Shown: piece after piece, positions 1 through 10,366 of the stretch
How positions within the stretch are numbered: the first letter of the stretch is position 1
How the letters are laid out: each line of letters starts with the position of its first letter
DNA from: Vulcanimicrobiota bacterium
GTDB lineage: Bacteria > Vulcanimicrobiota > CADAWZ01 > Ess09-12
Assembly (NCBI GenBank): GCA_031082125.1
Contig: JAVHLM010000007.1
Location: 102,669 to 166,668, forward strand
Reading direction: 5' to 3'
DNA length: 64,000 nucleotides
Program-made: the position numbers and the translations under genes
The notes under the pieces: model-generated
What the model saw: only the letters and a program-made list of their open reading frames with translations
The model's database searches: none
What the model was told of the DNA's origin: nothing

Positions 1-1209
1 ATTGAGAAGGAGTTTGTTCTCTCTGAGCAGGAGCTGGATGTGCACGGCATCAATGCCATTGAGGCTCTGAGCGGCGGGAAGAAGCTCTGTGTCCATATGC
101 AGAATGCCGATAGAGGAGCGCCTTGGGGGTCACTCTTCATCCTCGATCCTGAGGGCGGGAAAGTCTTCTGTGCCGGCAAAGGGGTGACAGAGTACTTTAT
201 CTCGCCGAAACAGGCCTTTATGGCGATGGTTTCCACGAAGACGCCTTCATCGCAGGGCAGGGGCACCGTCCAGCTTCTTGATGTGCTTGATGAGAGAATC
301 ACCACGCCTGGCGAAGTGGAAGCCCCGAATGGCATCAAATCCCTCTGGACGCCCGAGGAGCGGTTCCTTTACCTCGTCCTGGAGAAGGACAGTGCCAGGA
401 GCCTTGCGAGAGTCAATACCTTCAAGAAGAGCCTCGAGGTGCTCTGCGGGGGCGTCCAGGCAATAACCCTGTCGCCCTCGGGCAGACGTGCGGTCATTGC
501 GAGACCGTCGGAGAAATATGCCGGGTGGAAGCTGAAAGGAATAGACCGCGGGGAGGGAAAGCTGCTTTTTATCACGGAAACAGGCGGCGACGAGGCGCGG
601 ACCCTCTTTGACGCAAAGGATTTCACAACCCTCTCCCTGCTGGATACCGACAGGAAGACCGAATCTTCCCTCTGCAAGGCTGCCTGTCCCGATCTTCAGA
701 ATGCCCTCTGGTCAGAGAAGGGCGACAGCATCATATTTTTTGATGTGAACGGTCTTTTTTCCATAGATACGGGGAGGAAAAATACCTCCAAAACCGCCCT
801 CGCAGGGCCTTTTGAATACCGTATGAGCCTTCCGGAAGGCTCATACTACCCCCTGGGGCGGGGCAACTTCCTGCTGCTCTGGGACTCCAGGCTTTACTTC
901 CAGAAGGGCATGAAGGGCAGGGATATCCTCATTGACAAGGTGGACTCCTTCGCCATGAATGAGTCGGGAACGCTGCTCGCGTATCTCTCGAAGGCTGATA
1001 ATGGCTTCAGGCTCACCGTATATGATCTGAAAAACAGGGAGCAGATCCCTCTCTTCCATGGCGAAAGAAAAGTGCAGTCGTACCGGTGGCATGGTCAGAC
1101 GATTGACATCCTCAGGATAGTCCTGAACCCGGGGGCGATCACCTCTGATGAGCCCGTGGTGATCCAGTTCGATGAGAAGGGCGATGCGGTCCCCCTCTCT
1201 GAGGAGTGA
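1..1209 (+). CDS. TolB/WD40-like beta-propeller protein, probably 5'-truncated by the window edge
   Basis: Frame is open from base 1 (IEKEFVLSEQELDVHG...). Repeated beta-strand motifs ending in W-S/P-x-x-G (e.g. ALWSEKGDSIIFFD, FAMNESGTLLAY, LSPSGRRAVI). Confidence 0.5.
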   Translation: MEKEFVLSEQELDVHGINAIEALSGGKKLCVHMQNADRGAPWGSLFILDPEGGKVFCAGKGVTEYFISPKQAFMAMVSTKTPSSQGRGTVQLLDVLDERITTPGEVEAPNGIKSLWTPEERFLYLVLEKDSARSLARVNTFKKSLEVLCGGVQAITLSPSGRRAVIARPSEKYAGWKLKGIDRGEGKLLFITETGGDEARTLFDAKDFTTLSLLDTDRKTESSLCKAACPDLQNALWSEKGDSIIFFDVNGLFSIDTGRKNTSKTALAGPFEYRMSLPEGSYYPLGRGNFLLLWDSRLYFQKGMKGRDILIDKVDSFAMNESGTLLAYLSKADNGFRLTVYDLKNREQIPLFHGERKVQSYRWHGQTIDILRIVLNPGAITSDEPVVIQFDEKGDAVPLSEE

Positions 1210-1218
1210 TGCTATCCG

Positions 1219-1560
1219 CTATTCGTGCTGCCCGATTGCGCCCTGGATGTCCTTGATGTGGTCTTCAAGCAGCAGCTTCCGCTCTTTGGGCACATTGATG
1301 AATTCGGCGCCATGCTCGTATGTCCCGTCAGAGCGCTTCTTGGACCATACCACATGGGCTTTCTGCATGAAATTTATGGGGTTGTAATTTATATTGACAT
1401 CAACAACGATCCTCTTGGGAATCTCCCTGTCGGAGCAGAAGCGGATTCCCGTGAGGCTGATGTCATGGACCGATCCTTTTATGGTGCCTTCGCTGTCAGA
1501 TACATAAGTGACATCGACAAACTGAAGCCTGGGAGCTTTCCTTTTCTCATCATCAGTCAT
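1219..1560 (-). CDS. Single-domain PilZ (c-di-GMP-binding) protein
   Basis: RKAPR (RxxxR) and DISLTG (D/NxSxxG) PilZ signature motifs; 113 aa. Confidence 0.85.
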   Translation of the reverse strand: MTDDEKRKAPRLQFVDVTYVSDSEGTIKGSVHDISLTGIRFCSDREIPKRIVVDVNINYNPINFMQKAHVVWSKKRSDGTYEHGAEFINVPKERKLLLEDHIKDIQGAIGQHE

Positions 1561-1707
1561 AGGTAAAACCTTCCTTCTTAGCCGAATCTGTCAAGGCGGT
1601 CCAGACATATGAAAATACCCGGTTTTTTCTATACTTTCGATGAAAAGATGCCAATTCCTCTCATCGCCTGTCAGTCGAGAGAGGCCCGGGAACCTCTTCC
1701 CGGGGGA

Positions 1708-1736
1708 TTGAAAAGAGCCCGGTAATAGTATAGAAT
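1708..1736 (+). promoter_or_regulatory. Sigma70-type promoter for the 1781 gene
   Basis: TTGAAA (1708-1713), 17-nt spacer, TAGAAT (1731-1736). Confidence 0.6.
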
Positions 1737-1780
1737 GAGGCTATCCTGCCTTAACGGGTGAGTTCAGGGATCGTGAGCCT

Positions 1781-2662
1781 ATGAAAAAGAAATGGCTTCT
1801 CTTAAGCCAGTATGTGGCATTTCTGCTGCTGCTGCCCCTGGCAGTCTTCATGGCCTGCGATCTTTTCTCCAGCAGGAGCGCCACTTCACTGCCTTACAGC
1901 GGGAAAAGGGCTTACCGCCATGCGGCAGCCCTCTCATACAGGACCTGCACCTCCCCTGACGGCAGCTCTTTTGCGCCTTCCGCTTCATATATAAGGCGGC
2001 ACCTCGTGGAATGCGGATTGAAGATCGCCCAGATTCAGTGCGATGGAGGAAGGATCAACCATATTTCAGGTATATTGCCGGGAGCTTCAGATCACATTAT
2101 TATCCTTGCCACCTCCTATAATAAGGCCGGTGAGGGGAGAGGAAGCCATGAAGCTTTTCCGGCAGCAGCAGGAGTGCTGCTGGAGCTGGCCAGGTCCTCC
2201 TCGGTGAAAAAACAGGGCCTGACCGTCTGGTTTACCTTTCTTGACGGGGCATCTGACGGTGGAAAGGGCAATAAAAAGGCCCTGGAATTCATCAGGAGCC
2301 TTGCAGCCCAGGATGAGCTCTCAAGGGTAAAGGCTTTCATATATATTGATCCTGCCTGCCAGGGAGTTGATGGCACTTTTGTTGAGAAGGATTCAACTCA
2401 ATGGCTCTCTGATTCTCTCAGGAAATCGGCAGGGCGCCTCGGGTGCGGGAGCAGTCTGGACAGTGCTCCCATAAGCAGGAAAGAAGTGCATGCCCTCTTT
2501 ATCGAAAAGGGCATTCCGGCCCTGGCTCTCCTCGACAGCGGCCGAATTCCTGGTGAGGTGGGCCCGCCTGACGAGAGGATGGCCGCAGAGAAGCTCCACA
2601 TGCTGGGAAGAATCATTGAGAACCTCGTGGTGACTATTGATCCGGCGGGCCGCGGAAGATGA
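1781..2662 (+). CDS. Exported/membrane-anchored M28 peptidase-fold protein with degenerate metal ligands
   Basis: N-terminal hydrophobic segment. M28/glutaminyl-cyclase-like spacing (IIILATSY, AGVLLELAR, VWFTFLDG, ALFIEKGIPAL), but the usual HxD, ND, EE and terminal His ligands are replaced. Confidence 0.6.
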   Translation: MKKKWLLLSQYVAFLLLLPLAVFMACDLFSSRSATSLPYSGKRAYRHAAALSYRTCTSPDGSSFAPSASYIRRHLVECGLKIAQIQCDGGRINHISGILPGASDHIIILATSYNKAGEGRGSHEAFPAAAGVLLELARSSSVKKQGLTVWFTFLDGASDGGKGNKKALEFIRSLAAQDELSRVKAFIYIDPACQGVDGTFVEKDSTQWLSDSLRKSAGRLGCGSSLDSAPISRKEVHALFIEKGIPALALLDSGRIPGEVGPPDERMAAEKLHMLGRIIENLVVTIDPAGRGR

Positions 2663-2722
2663 CCGGCGAGGCATAAAGAGGGAGGGGGGAGAATATATTA
2701 GGAAGGAGAGCATTGAATAACC

Positions 2723-4114
2723 ATGATGCAGAAATTCCTTGAGATGTTCAAGCCGGTGCCCGATGCCGGGGAGATGCTCACCGATGCCGGGGAGATCAAG
2801 AAAAAGTACCGCTACTGGCGTATAAGAATGATGTATTCCACCTTCATCGGGTACGCCGTTTTTTATTTCGTGAGGCAGAACATGTCCATTGCCATGCCCC
2901 TGATGGAGAAAGCAATGGGAATAGGAAAAGACAGCCTCGGCCTCTTTCTCACCCTTCACAAACTCCTGTACGGCGTGTCCAAGTTCCTGAACGGCATCCT
3001 GGGAGACAGGGCGAACCCCCGGTATTTCATGGCCATAGGGCTTCTGATGTCAGCCCTTATGAACATCTTTTTCGGTTTTTCAAGCTCCGTGATTGCCTTC
3101 GGAATATTCTGGATGCTGAACGGGTGGTTCCAGGGGATGGGATTCCCCCCCTGCGCGAGAACCCTCAGCCACTGGTTCAGTCCCAAGGAGCGCGGCACCA
3201 AGTGGGCCATGTGGAATTCCTCCCACCAGGTGGGAGCCGGCCTCATCCTTGTCCTGGCGGGCTATCTGGCCGGCAGAGAGCTGAATCTCCCGATTCCCTC
3301 CTTCCTGGGCAGAGGCCCGGTCTTTCACCTGGCGGGATGGCAGCTCTGCTTCATCGTGCCGGCCCTTATTGCCATGGCGACGGCTTTCTTCGCCATCAAC
3401 AGGCTTCGCGACACGCCGGGCTCCCTTGGCCTTCCCCCCGTGGAACAGTATATGAATGATGAAGGGGCGGCAGTCACCAAGGACTCCTTTGACAATGAGT
3501 CCTTTAAAAAATTCCTCCGCCGCCATGTCTTCGGCAACAAATACATATGGTACATAAGCTTTGCGAATTTCTTCGTCTATATCCTCCGTTACGGCTTCCT
3601 GGACTGGGCGCCGTCATGCCTCAAGGAGATGAAGGGAATACCTCTCGCGCATGGGGGCTGGATCACGGCGGGGTTCGAGCTCTTCGGCCTTGTGGGCTCT
3701 GTGCTGGCAGGATGGCTTACCGACAAGTATCTCAAGAGCAGGCGCGCACCTGTGTGCGTGGCCTACATGGCGGTAACGCTCGTCCTTGTAATGGCTTTCT
3801 GGAAGCTCCCTCCCGGAAACACCTTGAATGCCACTCTGCTTCTCTTTGCCCTCGGCTTTTTCATCTACGGGCCCCAGTTCCTTGTCGGCGTCACCACCGC
3901 GGACCTGGCCTCAAAGCATGCAGCAGCCACGGCAATCGGGCTCACGGGCTTTTTCGGGTACCTGAGCGGCATAGTGTCAGGGTATGGTATGGGGCTCACG
4001 GTGAAATTGTATGGATGGGACGGAGGATTCTATATCATGATAGTCTCTGCGGTCCTCGCCGCGCTCCTTTTCACCCTCTGCTGGAATGCCCGCCCCATGC
4101 ATGAGCAGGTCTGA
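2723..4114 (+). CDS. MFS organophosphate:Pi antiporter (GlpT/UhpC/PgtP, OPA family)
   Basis: YRYWRIR...GYAVFYFVRQN, GILGDRANPR, WFSPKERG, WNSSHQVG and GWLTD are OPA-family motifs; about 12 TM segments. Confidence 0.9.
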   Translation: MMQKFLEMFKPVPDAGEMLTDAGEIKKKYRYWRIRMMYSTFIGYAVFYFVRQNMSIAMPLMEKAMGIGKDSLGLFLTLHKLLYGVSKFLNGILGDRANPRYFMAIGLLMSALMNIFFGFSSSVIAFGIFWMLNGWFQGMGFPPCARTLSHWFSPKERGTKWAMWNSSHQVGAGLILVLAGYLAGRELNLPIPSFLGRGPVFHLAGWQLCFIVPALIAMATAFFAINRLRDTPGSLGLPPVEQYMNDEGAAVTKDSFDNESFKKFLRRHVFGNKYIWYISFANFFVYILRYGFLDWAPSCLKEMKGIPLAHGGWITAGFELFGLVGSVLAGWLTDKYLKSRRAPVCVAYMAVTLVLVMAFWKLPPGNTLNATLLLFALGFFIYGPQFLVGVTTADLASKHAAATAIGLTGFFGYLSGIVSGYGMGLTVKLYGWDGGFYIMIVSAVLAALLFTLCWNARPMHEQV

Positions 4115-4122
4115 CTCCTCCC

Positions 4123-5472
4123 TCACGCCAGCTTCCTGTTCAGGGCCAGGCAGAGCTGCCTGAGCTCTTCGAACTCCCCGAAGGGGAGGACCGTTCCCCT
4201 GTAGGTATGGAATGTGTTGTTGTGGAAAAGGGGGTCCCAGGCCTCGGGAGATCCTGTGCCGGGAAAGTCGTTCCAGAGGCCCGTGCCCGGTATGGGTGAG
4301 TATTCCACGAGCTTTCCCAGGGCTCCCCATCGGTGAACGGCAAGGAGAGCCTCCCTGATCTCCGCGCTCATTACCCCGGGAACACCGGCCATCACATAAA
4401 CCCCGATATCCCTCGGGCTGAATCCGGCCTCATTGAGGCACCTGATGGCTTTTTCCATCGCGTGGGCGGAGACTTTCCCCCCCGTGGAATGTTGCATTTC
4501 TCTTGAGAGAAATTCAAGACCGAGACGGATGGTCTTAAAGCCCGCTTTTTTCAATGTCGAGGCCACCGGCCCGTCAATGAAGCACCCGTGGAGGGCGTTG
4601 GGGGTATGAATTTTCCATTTCTGGCCTTCCTGTGTCATCCTCGAGAGGAGGGGACCTGCATGGCGCTTATAACGGTAGAGGAAGGCATCGTCATAGAGCA
4701 CGAGGTGGTCCAGGGACCTCTCGGATGAGATCTTCTCAAGCATGGAGAGGATCTCGCCACTGTCTCTGGAGTGGTAATGGGGATAAAGCAGCGATGAAGC
4801 GCAGTAGGAGCAGCGCCAGGGACATCCCGTCGAGGTGAGGAGGGGCAGATATTCCATGTGCTCAATCATCTCATAGGCGGGCATTGGCAGGTCGGCATAT
4901 GAATCATAACGGTGCACCCTTTCTTTTCCTGTGAGAGACGAGAGAATATCCAGCAGGGAACCGGCCTCGCCGCTGGATATGACGTGGTGGGCTCCGGAGT
5001 GAATTCTGGCATGGTCAGGGGCGAGCCTGCAGTATAATCCCCCGAGAATTACCGGCGCTCCAGGAAAAGACTCCCGGACTTCCGCTATTGCCTCGTGGGC
5101 GCCGCCGTACCAGTAGGTCATGCCTGAGCCGACGAGAACCGCATCGGGTTGACTCATGGAGGCAAGCATTGCCTTGAATGACTTGAGGGGGATGCCGTAA
5201 CGCTTGTATCTCCTGGGGATATCCCTGAAAAGGAAGGGCTTTTCCAGCTCCTCCCAGTAATATTTACCGCACCCCGAGGGTCCCGAAGGCGGGCGCTCAT
5301 GGGAGGGTATGCCTTCATGATTGCGGTTCAGGCAGTCAAGGTAATGTACTTCATAGCCTTCTCTCTTCAGGAGCGCAATGACGGTGAGAAGGCCAAGGGG
5401 GCTCATCCAGAGGTCATAGGCCTTGAAATCGTGAATCCAGGGATTGATGACAAGAAGCTTTTTCGCTGCCAT
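4123..5472 (-). CDS. B12-binding-domain radical SAM protein
   Basis: CPWRCSYC (CxxxCxxC); N-terminal cobalamin-binding-like region (PLGLL..., ILGGLY); DDAF and TPNALH motifs. Confidence 0.85.
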   Translation of the reverse strand: MAAKKLLVINPWIHDFKAYDLWMSPLGLLTVIALLKREGYEVHYLDCLNRNHEGIPSHERPPSGPSGCGKYYWEELEKPFLFRDIPRRYKRYGIPLKSFKAMLASMSQPDAVLVGSGMTYWYGGAHEAIAEVRESFPGAPVILGGLYCRLAPDHARIHSGAHHVISSGEAGSLLDILSSLTGKERVHRYDSYADLPMPAYEMIEHMEYLPLLTSTGCPWRCSYCASSLLYPHYHSRDSGEILSMLEKISSERSLDHLVLYDDAFLYRYKRHAGPLLSRMTQEGQKWKIHTPNALHGCFIDGPVASTLKKAGFKTIRLGLEFLSREMQHSTGGKVSAHAMEKAIRCLNEAGFSPRDIGVYVMAGVPGVMSAEIREALLAVHRWGALGKLVEYSPIPGTGLWNDFPGTGSPEAWDPLFHNNTFHTYRGTVLPFGEFEELRQLCLALNRKLA

Positions 5473-5782
5473 TGGGTTTCCTTATGCTTCTCCCTTTTCT
5501 GTAAAGGTCCTCTCCCCTTTTATACTCCAGAGCATAACGGACGTCAGCATGATACGTGCAGAATTGCTCATCAGTTCTGCATTTTCCCTCAGAGGGATCG
5601 TGTAATATGTAATGCGCGTCAGTATACCCGTAAATAAGCGATTACACAGGATTTTATATGGAAAGCGAGAATAGTGAATGACGGGAAATTATGCCCACAG
5701 AGAGACAGGGGTGCGCGGTGGGGAAAACCTATTGCAGGCTCCGGACAAGTCTATCCGTTATGATGCAGGAGGAGACAGGCCT

Positions 5783-7177
5783 GTGGCGGATTTGTTATCG
5801 GTAGGCGCGGTGCTCTCGGAACGCTACGAGATAAAAAAGGTCATAGGCCAGGGCGGCATGGGTGCTGTCTATCTGGCCTCAGACAAGCGCCTTCCGGTGA
5901 AACAGTGGGCAGTGAAGGAGATGGTGCACCAGTCGGCCGATACGGCTGAAAAGCTGGAGATAGAGAAGCTTTTCACCGAAGAAGCCCATCACCTCGCCAC
6001 GCTTGATCATCCCAACCTCCCCAGGGTCGCCGATTTCCTCCCTGAAGGTGACAGGAAATATCTCATCATGGAATATATCGAGGGGGAGACCCTGGAAGAT
6101 ATGATTGTCTCGGCCAGGGGCCCCCTGCCCCTTGAAAAGGTTATCAACTATGCAATGCAGCTTGCCGACGTGCTCTCCTATCTTCATAACCAGAAGCCCC
6201 ATCCCCTGATTTTCAGGGATCTCAAGCCTTCAAACATCATGATTACGGGAAACGGGAGGGTCAAGCTGATTGATTTCGGCATAGCCCGCATATTTGTCTC
6301 GGGCAAGCAGAAGGATACCATAGTGCTGGGAACCCCTGGATTTGCGCCGCCCGAGCAGTACGGCAAATCCCAGACGGATCAGCGCTCTGACATCTTCAGC
6401 TACGGCGCCACCGTATACTATGCTCTTTCCGGTGAGGATCCGGCAAAATCGCCCTTCCATTTCCCCCCTCTCAGGAACTTTAATCCCAATATCCCTCCCT
6501 CCATAGAGGAGGTTATCATGAAATGCGTGAACCTGGCGCCAGAGAGCAGGTTCCAGTCGATGGACGAGGTGGTGGAAGGATTTACAAAGCTTCCTCCGGC
6601 TCTTCCCAGGGCCGTGACGACATCGCTTCTCGCTCTGCAGCAGGGTGCCGATCCTTATTTCGACCCCCAGAGCCTTGACTTTGGCATCCTGAAAAGGGGC
6701 AGCATGCGCCAGATGAGCGTGAAGATAATCGGCGAGGTGAAAGGGAGCCTTACCTCTAACAAGAAGTGGCTTAAAATAAAGCCCTCCTCGGTAAAAGGAA
6801 CAAGCCCCGTCATCGATATACTCATAGACACGACGCGCCTGGCCCATGGGGGAAGCTATATGGCCGATATCACCTTTTCCGGGAAGGGCGTAAAGCTCTC
6901 CCTCCCCGTAAATGTCTCCCTGGAGACTCAGGCCGTCAGCGTATGGAAATACGCAATAGCGGTGATTCTCACCATGCTTACTGTCATCCCGGCACTGGGC
7001 TTTCTCTCTTACGTGATCCTTCTGAGCATGTATTATTCGCATCCCGGCGAGGAAAGGGGGCCTCTCGGGGTGCTCATGATGATAGCCTCCATAATATCAC
7101 TGCTCTGGCTGCTCCTCATTCTTGGAGCCGTCACTTATTTTATGGTACTACCCAGGTTCAGGCAGGGAAGCATATGA
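5783..7177 (+). CDS. Hanks-type Ser/Thr protein kinase with BACON-like domain and C-terminal TM helices
   Basis: GQGGMGAVY, AVKE, FRDLKPSN, DFG and APPE are all intact. Start placed at GTG 5783 behind AGGAGGAG; the ORF track start is 5678. Confidence 0.9.
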   Translation: MADLLSVGAVLSERYEIKKVIGQGGMGAVYLASDKRLPVKQWAVKEMVHQSADTAEKLEIEKLFTEEAHHLATLDHPNLPRVADFLPEGDRKYLIMEYIEGETLEDMIVSARGPLPLEKVINYAMQLADVLSYLHNQKPHPLIFRDLKPSNIMITGNGRVKLIDFGIARIFVSGKQKDTIVLGTPGFAPPEQYGKSQTDQRSDIFSYGATVYYALSGEDPAKSPFHFPPLRNFNPNIPPSIEEVIMKCVNLAPESRFQSMDEVVEGFTKLPPALPRAVTTSLLALQQGADPYFDPQSLDFGILKRGSMRQMSVKIIGEVKGSLTSNKKWLKIKPSSVKGTSPVIDILIDTTRLAHGGSYMADITFSGKGVKLSLPVNVSLETQAVSVWKYAIAVILTMLTVIPALGFLSYVILLSMYYSHPGEERGPLGVLMMIASIISLLWLLLILGAVTYFMVLPRFRQGSI

Positions 7178-7212
7178 AGACGCTTTGTTGAGTCGAGACA
7201 GGAGGAAACACT

Positions 7213-8955
7213 ATGATTTGTCCTAATTGCAAAAGGCCAAGCAGCGAAGGGGAGGAGTACTGCGACGATTGCGGCGCCCAGCTTGTGGCAGAAACGCCAT
7301 CACTGTCAAGTGAGCCGGAAAGCAGCGGCCACCTGAAAGCCGGTGACGAGCTGAACGGCCGCTACAGGATCTCGGCATCTTTCCCCCTGCTCAAAGGCTT
7401 CCGGTACGAAGCCAGGGACAGCCAGGGCGACAAGGAAGTGGTGGTATACGAGAAGCCCCTCGCGGGGGCCGGGCAGTCAAACGTGCTCAAGCTCCAGTGG
7501 GATGTCCTCAAAGAGCTCAATGAGCCCCGCTTTCCCGTTGTTCTTGAATACTTTGAAAACGGTGAAAAGGCCTTCCTCGTGAGCGAGGTGATCCCCGGAG
7601 AGTCCCTTGAAGATGTTCTCAAGCGTGACAAGGCGGCATTTCCTCCCCTGAAGGTCATGGAATGGGGGATCTCCCTCTGCGAAGCCGTTGGGAAGCTCCA
7701 TGCGAAAAATCTCCTGCACAGGGGGCTTCAGCCCTCAAATATCATAAGGCAGGAGAATGATTCCCTGATACTGAGCGGCTTTGAAAGGCTCTGCCCCCTG
7801 GGGGAGGTGCCTGACGAGTGCGCCGTCACCCCGGGATTTTCTGCCCCTGAAGCTTATGGAATAGGCGATGGGAAAGTTGACGTGCGATCTGATGTTTACA
7901 GTATCGGCGCAAGCCTTTACTGCCTCATCTCCGGAAAGACTCCCCACCTGGAGCAGAGGGAGACCTTTTTTGCCTTCCCTCCCTTCAATGAGTATAAGGT
8001 GAAGGTGAGCCCTGACGTGGAAAATGTCATTCTCACTGCGGTGAACAAGAAGCTCGATGAGCGTTTCCAGTCAGTGACCGCCCTGATGGACGCCCTGAAG
8101 AAGGTCTATGACGAGGAAGCCACACGGGCAAAGCTTCCCGAGGCGGTAAGCCTCTCCTTTAAAAGCGGGATGATTACCAATATAGGCTGTGTGCGCTCCA
8201 TTAACCAGGACAGCTGCCTTTATATGATCTTCCAGGCTTATGAAAAGTCAGAGCCGAAGGACTGTGCGCTGTTTGTCGTGGCAGACGGTATGGGAGGCGA
8301 GGCTGAAGGGGAAAAGGCAAGCTCCCTTGCCATCAGGGCCATCGCGCACTTCATGGTTGAGAGCAGGATCCCCGTTGAGGCAGGGCAGGGCACCAGGATG
8401 CTCCTTCCCGAGGAGGTAATGGAGAGGAATAAAATACTTGCCTCAGAGGCCCTCAAGCAGGCAAATTCCATTGTCTTTGAGTATTCACAGAAGGAGAGCT
8501 ACAGGAAAGGCATGGGATCGACAATCTCTGCTGCCCTCATAGAGGGCGACACTCTTGTGGTGGGCCATGCGGGCGATACGAGAGTATACCTCATAAGGGA
8601 CACCATAGAGCAGATTTCGGAAGACCACTCGCTTGTGGGACGCCTTGTGAAAATGGGGCAGATGAAAAAGGAGGAGGCCCTCAGGTCTCCCCAGAGAAGC
8701 ATGGTGTACCGTGCCCTGGGGACGAGTCCCCAGCTTGATGTGGACGTCTACGAGAGAAAGCTCCAGAGCGGCGATACTCTCCTCATATGCTCCGACGGGG
8801 TGTGGGAGTATTACCTTGATGACGAGCTCCTGAATTTGGTGCAGGAGTATAAGGAGCCCCAGAAGATATGCAACAGGCTCGTGGAGCTCTGCCTGGAGCG
8901 CGGCGCTGATGACAACTGCACCGCCATCGTCGTGACAATGACTGACAGCACGTAG
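7213..8955 (+). CDS. Zinc ribbon + pseudokinase + PP2C (PPM) phosphatase fusion
   Basis: CPNC..CDDC ribbon; kinase fold with HRGLQPSN and SGF in place of HRD and DFG; PP2C motifs VADGMGG, GDTR, SDG, DDN intact. Confidence 0.85.
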   Translation: MICPNCKRPSSEGEEYCDDCGAQLVAETPSLSSEPESSGHLKAGDELNGRYRISASFPLLKGFRYEARDSQGDKEVVVYEKPLAGAGQSNVLKLQWDVLKELNEPRFPVVLEYFENGEKAFLVSEVIPGESLEDVLKRDKAAFPPLKVMEWGISLCEAVGKLHAKNLLHRGLQPSNIIRQENDSLILSGFERLCPLGEVPDECAVTPGFSAPEAYGIGDGKVDVRSDVYSIGASLYCLISGKTPHLEQRETFFAFPPFNEYKVKVSPDVENVILTAVNKKLDERFQSVTALMDALKKVYDEEATRAKLPEAVSLSFKSGMITNIGCVRSINQDSCLYMIFQAYEKSEPKDCALFVVADGMGGEAEGEKASSLAIRAIAHFMVESRIPVEAGQGTRMLLPEEVMERNKILASEALKQANSIVFEYSQKESYRKGMGSTISAALIEGDTLVVGHAGDTRVYLIRDTIEQISEDHSLVGRLVKMGQMKKEEALRSPQRSMVYRALGTSPQLDVDVYERKLQSGDTLLICSDGVWEYYLDDELLNLVQEYKEPQKICNRLVELCLERGADDNCTAIVVTMTDST

Positions 8956-9025
8956 GAAGCGCAGGCCCCATAAGGAGGAGATCACCTGATTTTATTGAAA
9001 AGAGTTAAAAAAGGAGGCGAGAATC

Positions 9026-10291
9026 GTGGCAGGTGAAGTGTTACTTGATGCAAAGCTCAGTTACCAGAACGTGCTGGTGACAAGTGAAAACAAGATGGTA
9101 TATATGCTCATCGATCTGAAGGCCGGGAAAGAGGTTTCGTACGGCCCCGCCCCTCTCAACCTTTCCATCGTAATCGACAAGAGCGGTTCGATGTACCAGG
9201 CGGAGAAGCTTGAATATGTAATCGATGCCGTGCAGTACGTGATAGATCAGCTCAGGCCCGGCGATATCATATCGATCGTTCCTTTCGCTGACAAGTCGAG
9301 GGTCCTCATCCCTGCGGGGCAGATCTTTGACAAGGAATCTGCCAAGAAGATGATACGCAACATAGACCAGGTTGACGTGGGCTCGGGCACCGAGATGCTC
9401 AAGGGCATCAACGCCGCCATCTCTGAGGTGAAGAAGAATTTCTCCAGGGACAGAACCAACCATATCATCCTCCTCACCGACGGCCTGACCCTCCATGAGA
9501 ATAAATGCAAGGATGAGTGCCGGAGAACGACGGAGTTCGGCATCTCATTCAGCACCATCGGCGTGGGCGATGATTTCAACGAAAAGCTCCTCATTGACAT
9601 TGCCAACTCATGCCGCGGCAAATCCTATTACATCGACATTCCCAGGGACATCCCCAACATCTTCGCCCAGGAGCTCCAGGGAGTCCAGAGCGTCATGGTG
9701 ATGAGCCCCACTCTCAAGGTGAAGCTCATGAAGGACATTGAGGCCCGGAGGGTCTTCAAGGTGAAGCCTCTCATCACCGATATGGGAACACTTCCCGCCG
9801 TCGATAAGACCATCACGGTCACCCTGAGCGACCTGCAGAAAAATGAGCCCCAGAGTGTTCTTTTCGAGCTGGTGCTGCCTTCACGGCAGGCCGGCACCTA
9901 TCGCGTAGGGAGGGTCGAGGCGATATACAGTGTCCCCCAGGCAGGCAGCGAGGTCATAGGGCAGGATATCCTGATAAATTATACTCTGGACCAGGCGCTT
10001 GCCTCGGTGGTGAACCCCCAGGTGATGAACGTGATTGACCTTGTGAGCGTTTTCCGGCAGCAGACCCGGGCTCTCGAGTTCGCCAAGAGCGGCGACAAAG
10101 CCAAGGCCACAAAGCTGCTTCGCTCGGCGGCAACGACGCTCCTTGATCATGGCCATAAGGAGCTTGCCGATCAGGCGCTTGCGGAAGCCCAGCGAATCGA
10201 AAAAGGGACGGGCGCCACATCGGCAGGAACCAAAAAGCTTGAATACGGTACGAGGAAGCTCACGCAGCTTCTCGACCAGCTTCCCATGTAA
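9026..10291 (+). CDS. von Willebrand factor A domain protein
   Basis: MIDAS DKSGSM, GT, LLTDG; GTG start after AAGGAGG. Confidence 0.9.
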   Translation: MAGEVLLDAKLSYQNVLVTSENKMVYMLIDLKAGKEVSYGPAPLNLSIVIDKSGSMYQAEKLEYVIDAVQYVIDQLRPGDIISIVPFADKSRVLIPAGQIFDKESAKKMIRNIDQVDVGSGTEMLKGINAAISEVKKNFSRDRTNHIILLTDGLTLHENKCKDECRRTTEFGISFSTIGVGDDFNEKLLIDIANSCRGKSYYIDIPRDIPNIFAQELQGVQSVMVMSPTLKVKLMKDIEARRVFKVKPLITDMGTLPAVDKTITVTLSDLQKNEPQSVLFELVLPSRQAGTYRVGRVEAIYSVPQAGSEVIGQDILINYTLDQALASVVNPQVMNVIDLVSVFRQQTRALEFAKSGDKAKATKLLRSAATTLLDHGHKELADQALAEAQRIEKGTGATSAGTKKLEYGTRKLTQLLDQLPM

Positions 10292-10366
10292 CGGCGACGG
10301 CCCAGTGCTCAAGGCCGATTGAATCTGTACCAATAAATACTCTGTGAAGATAAAGGAGGAACTACA

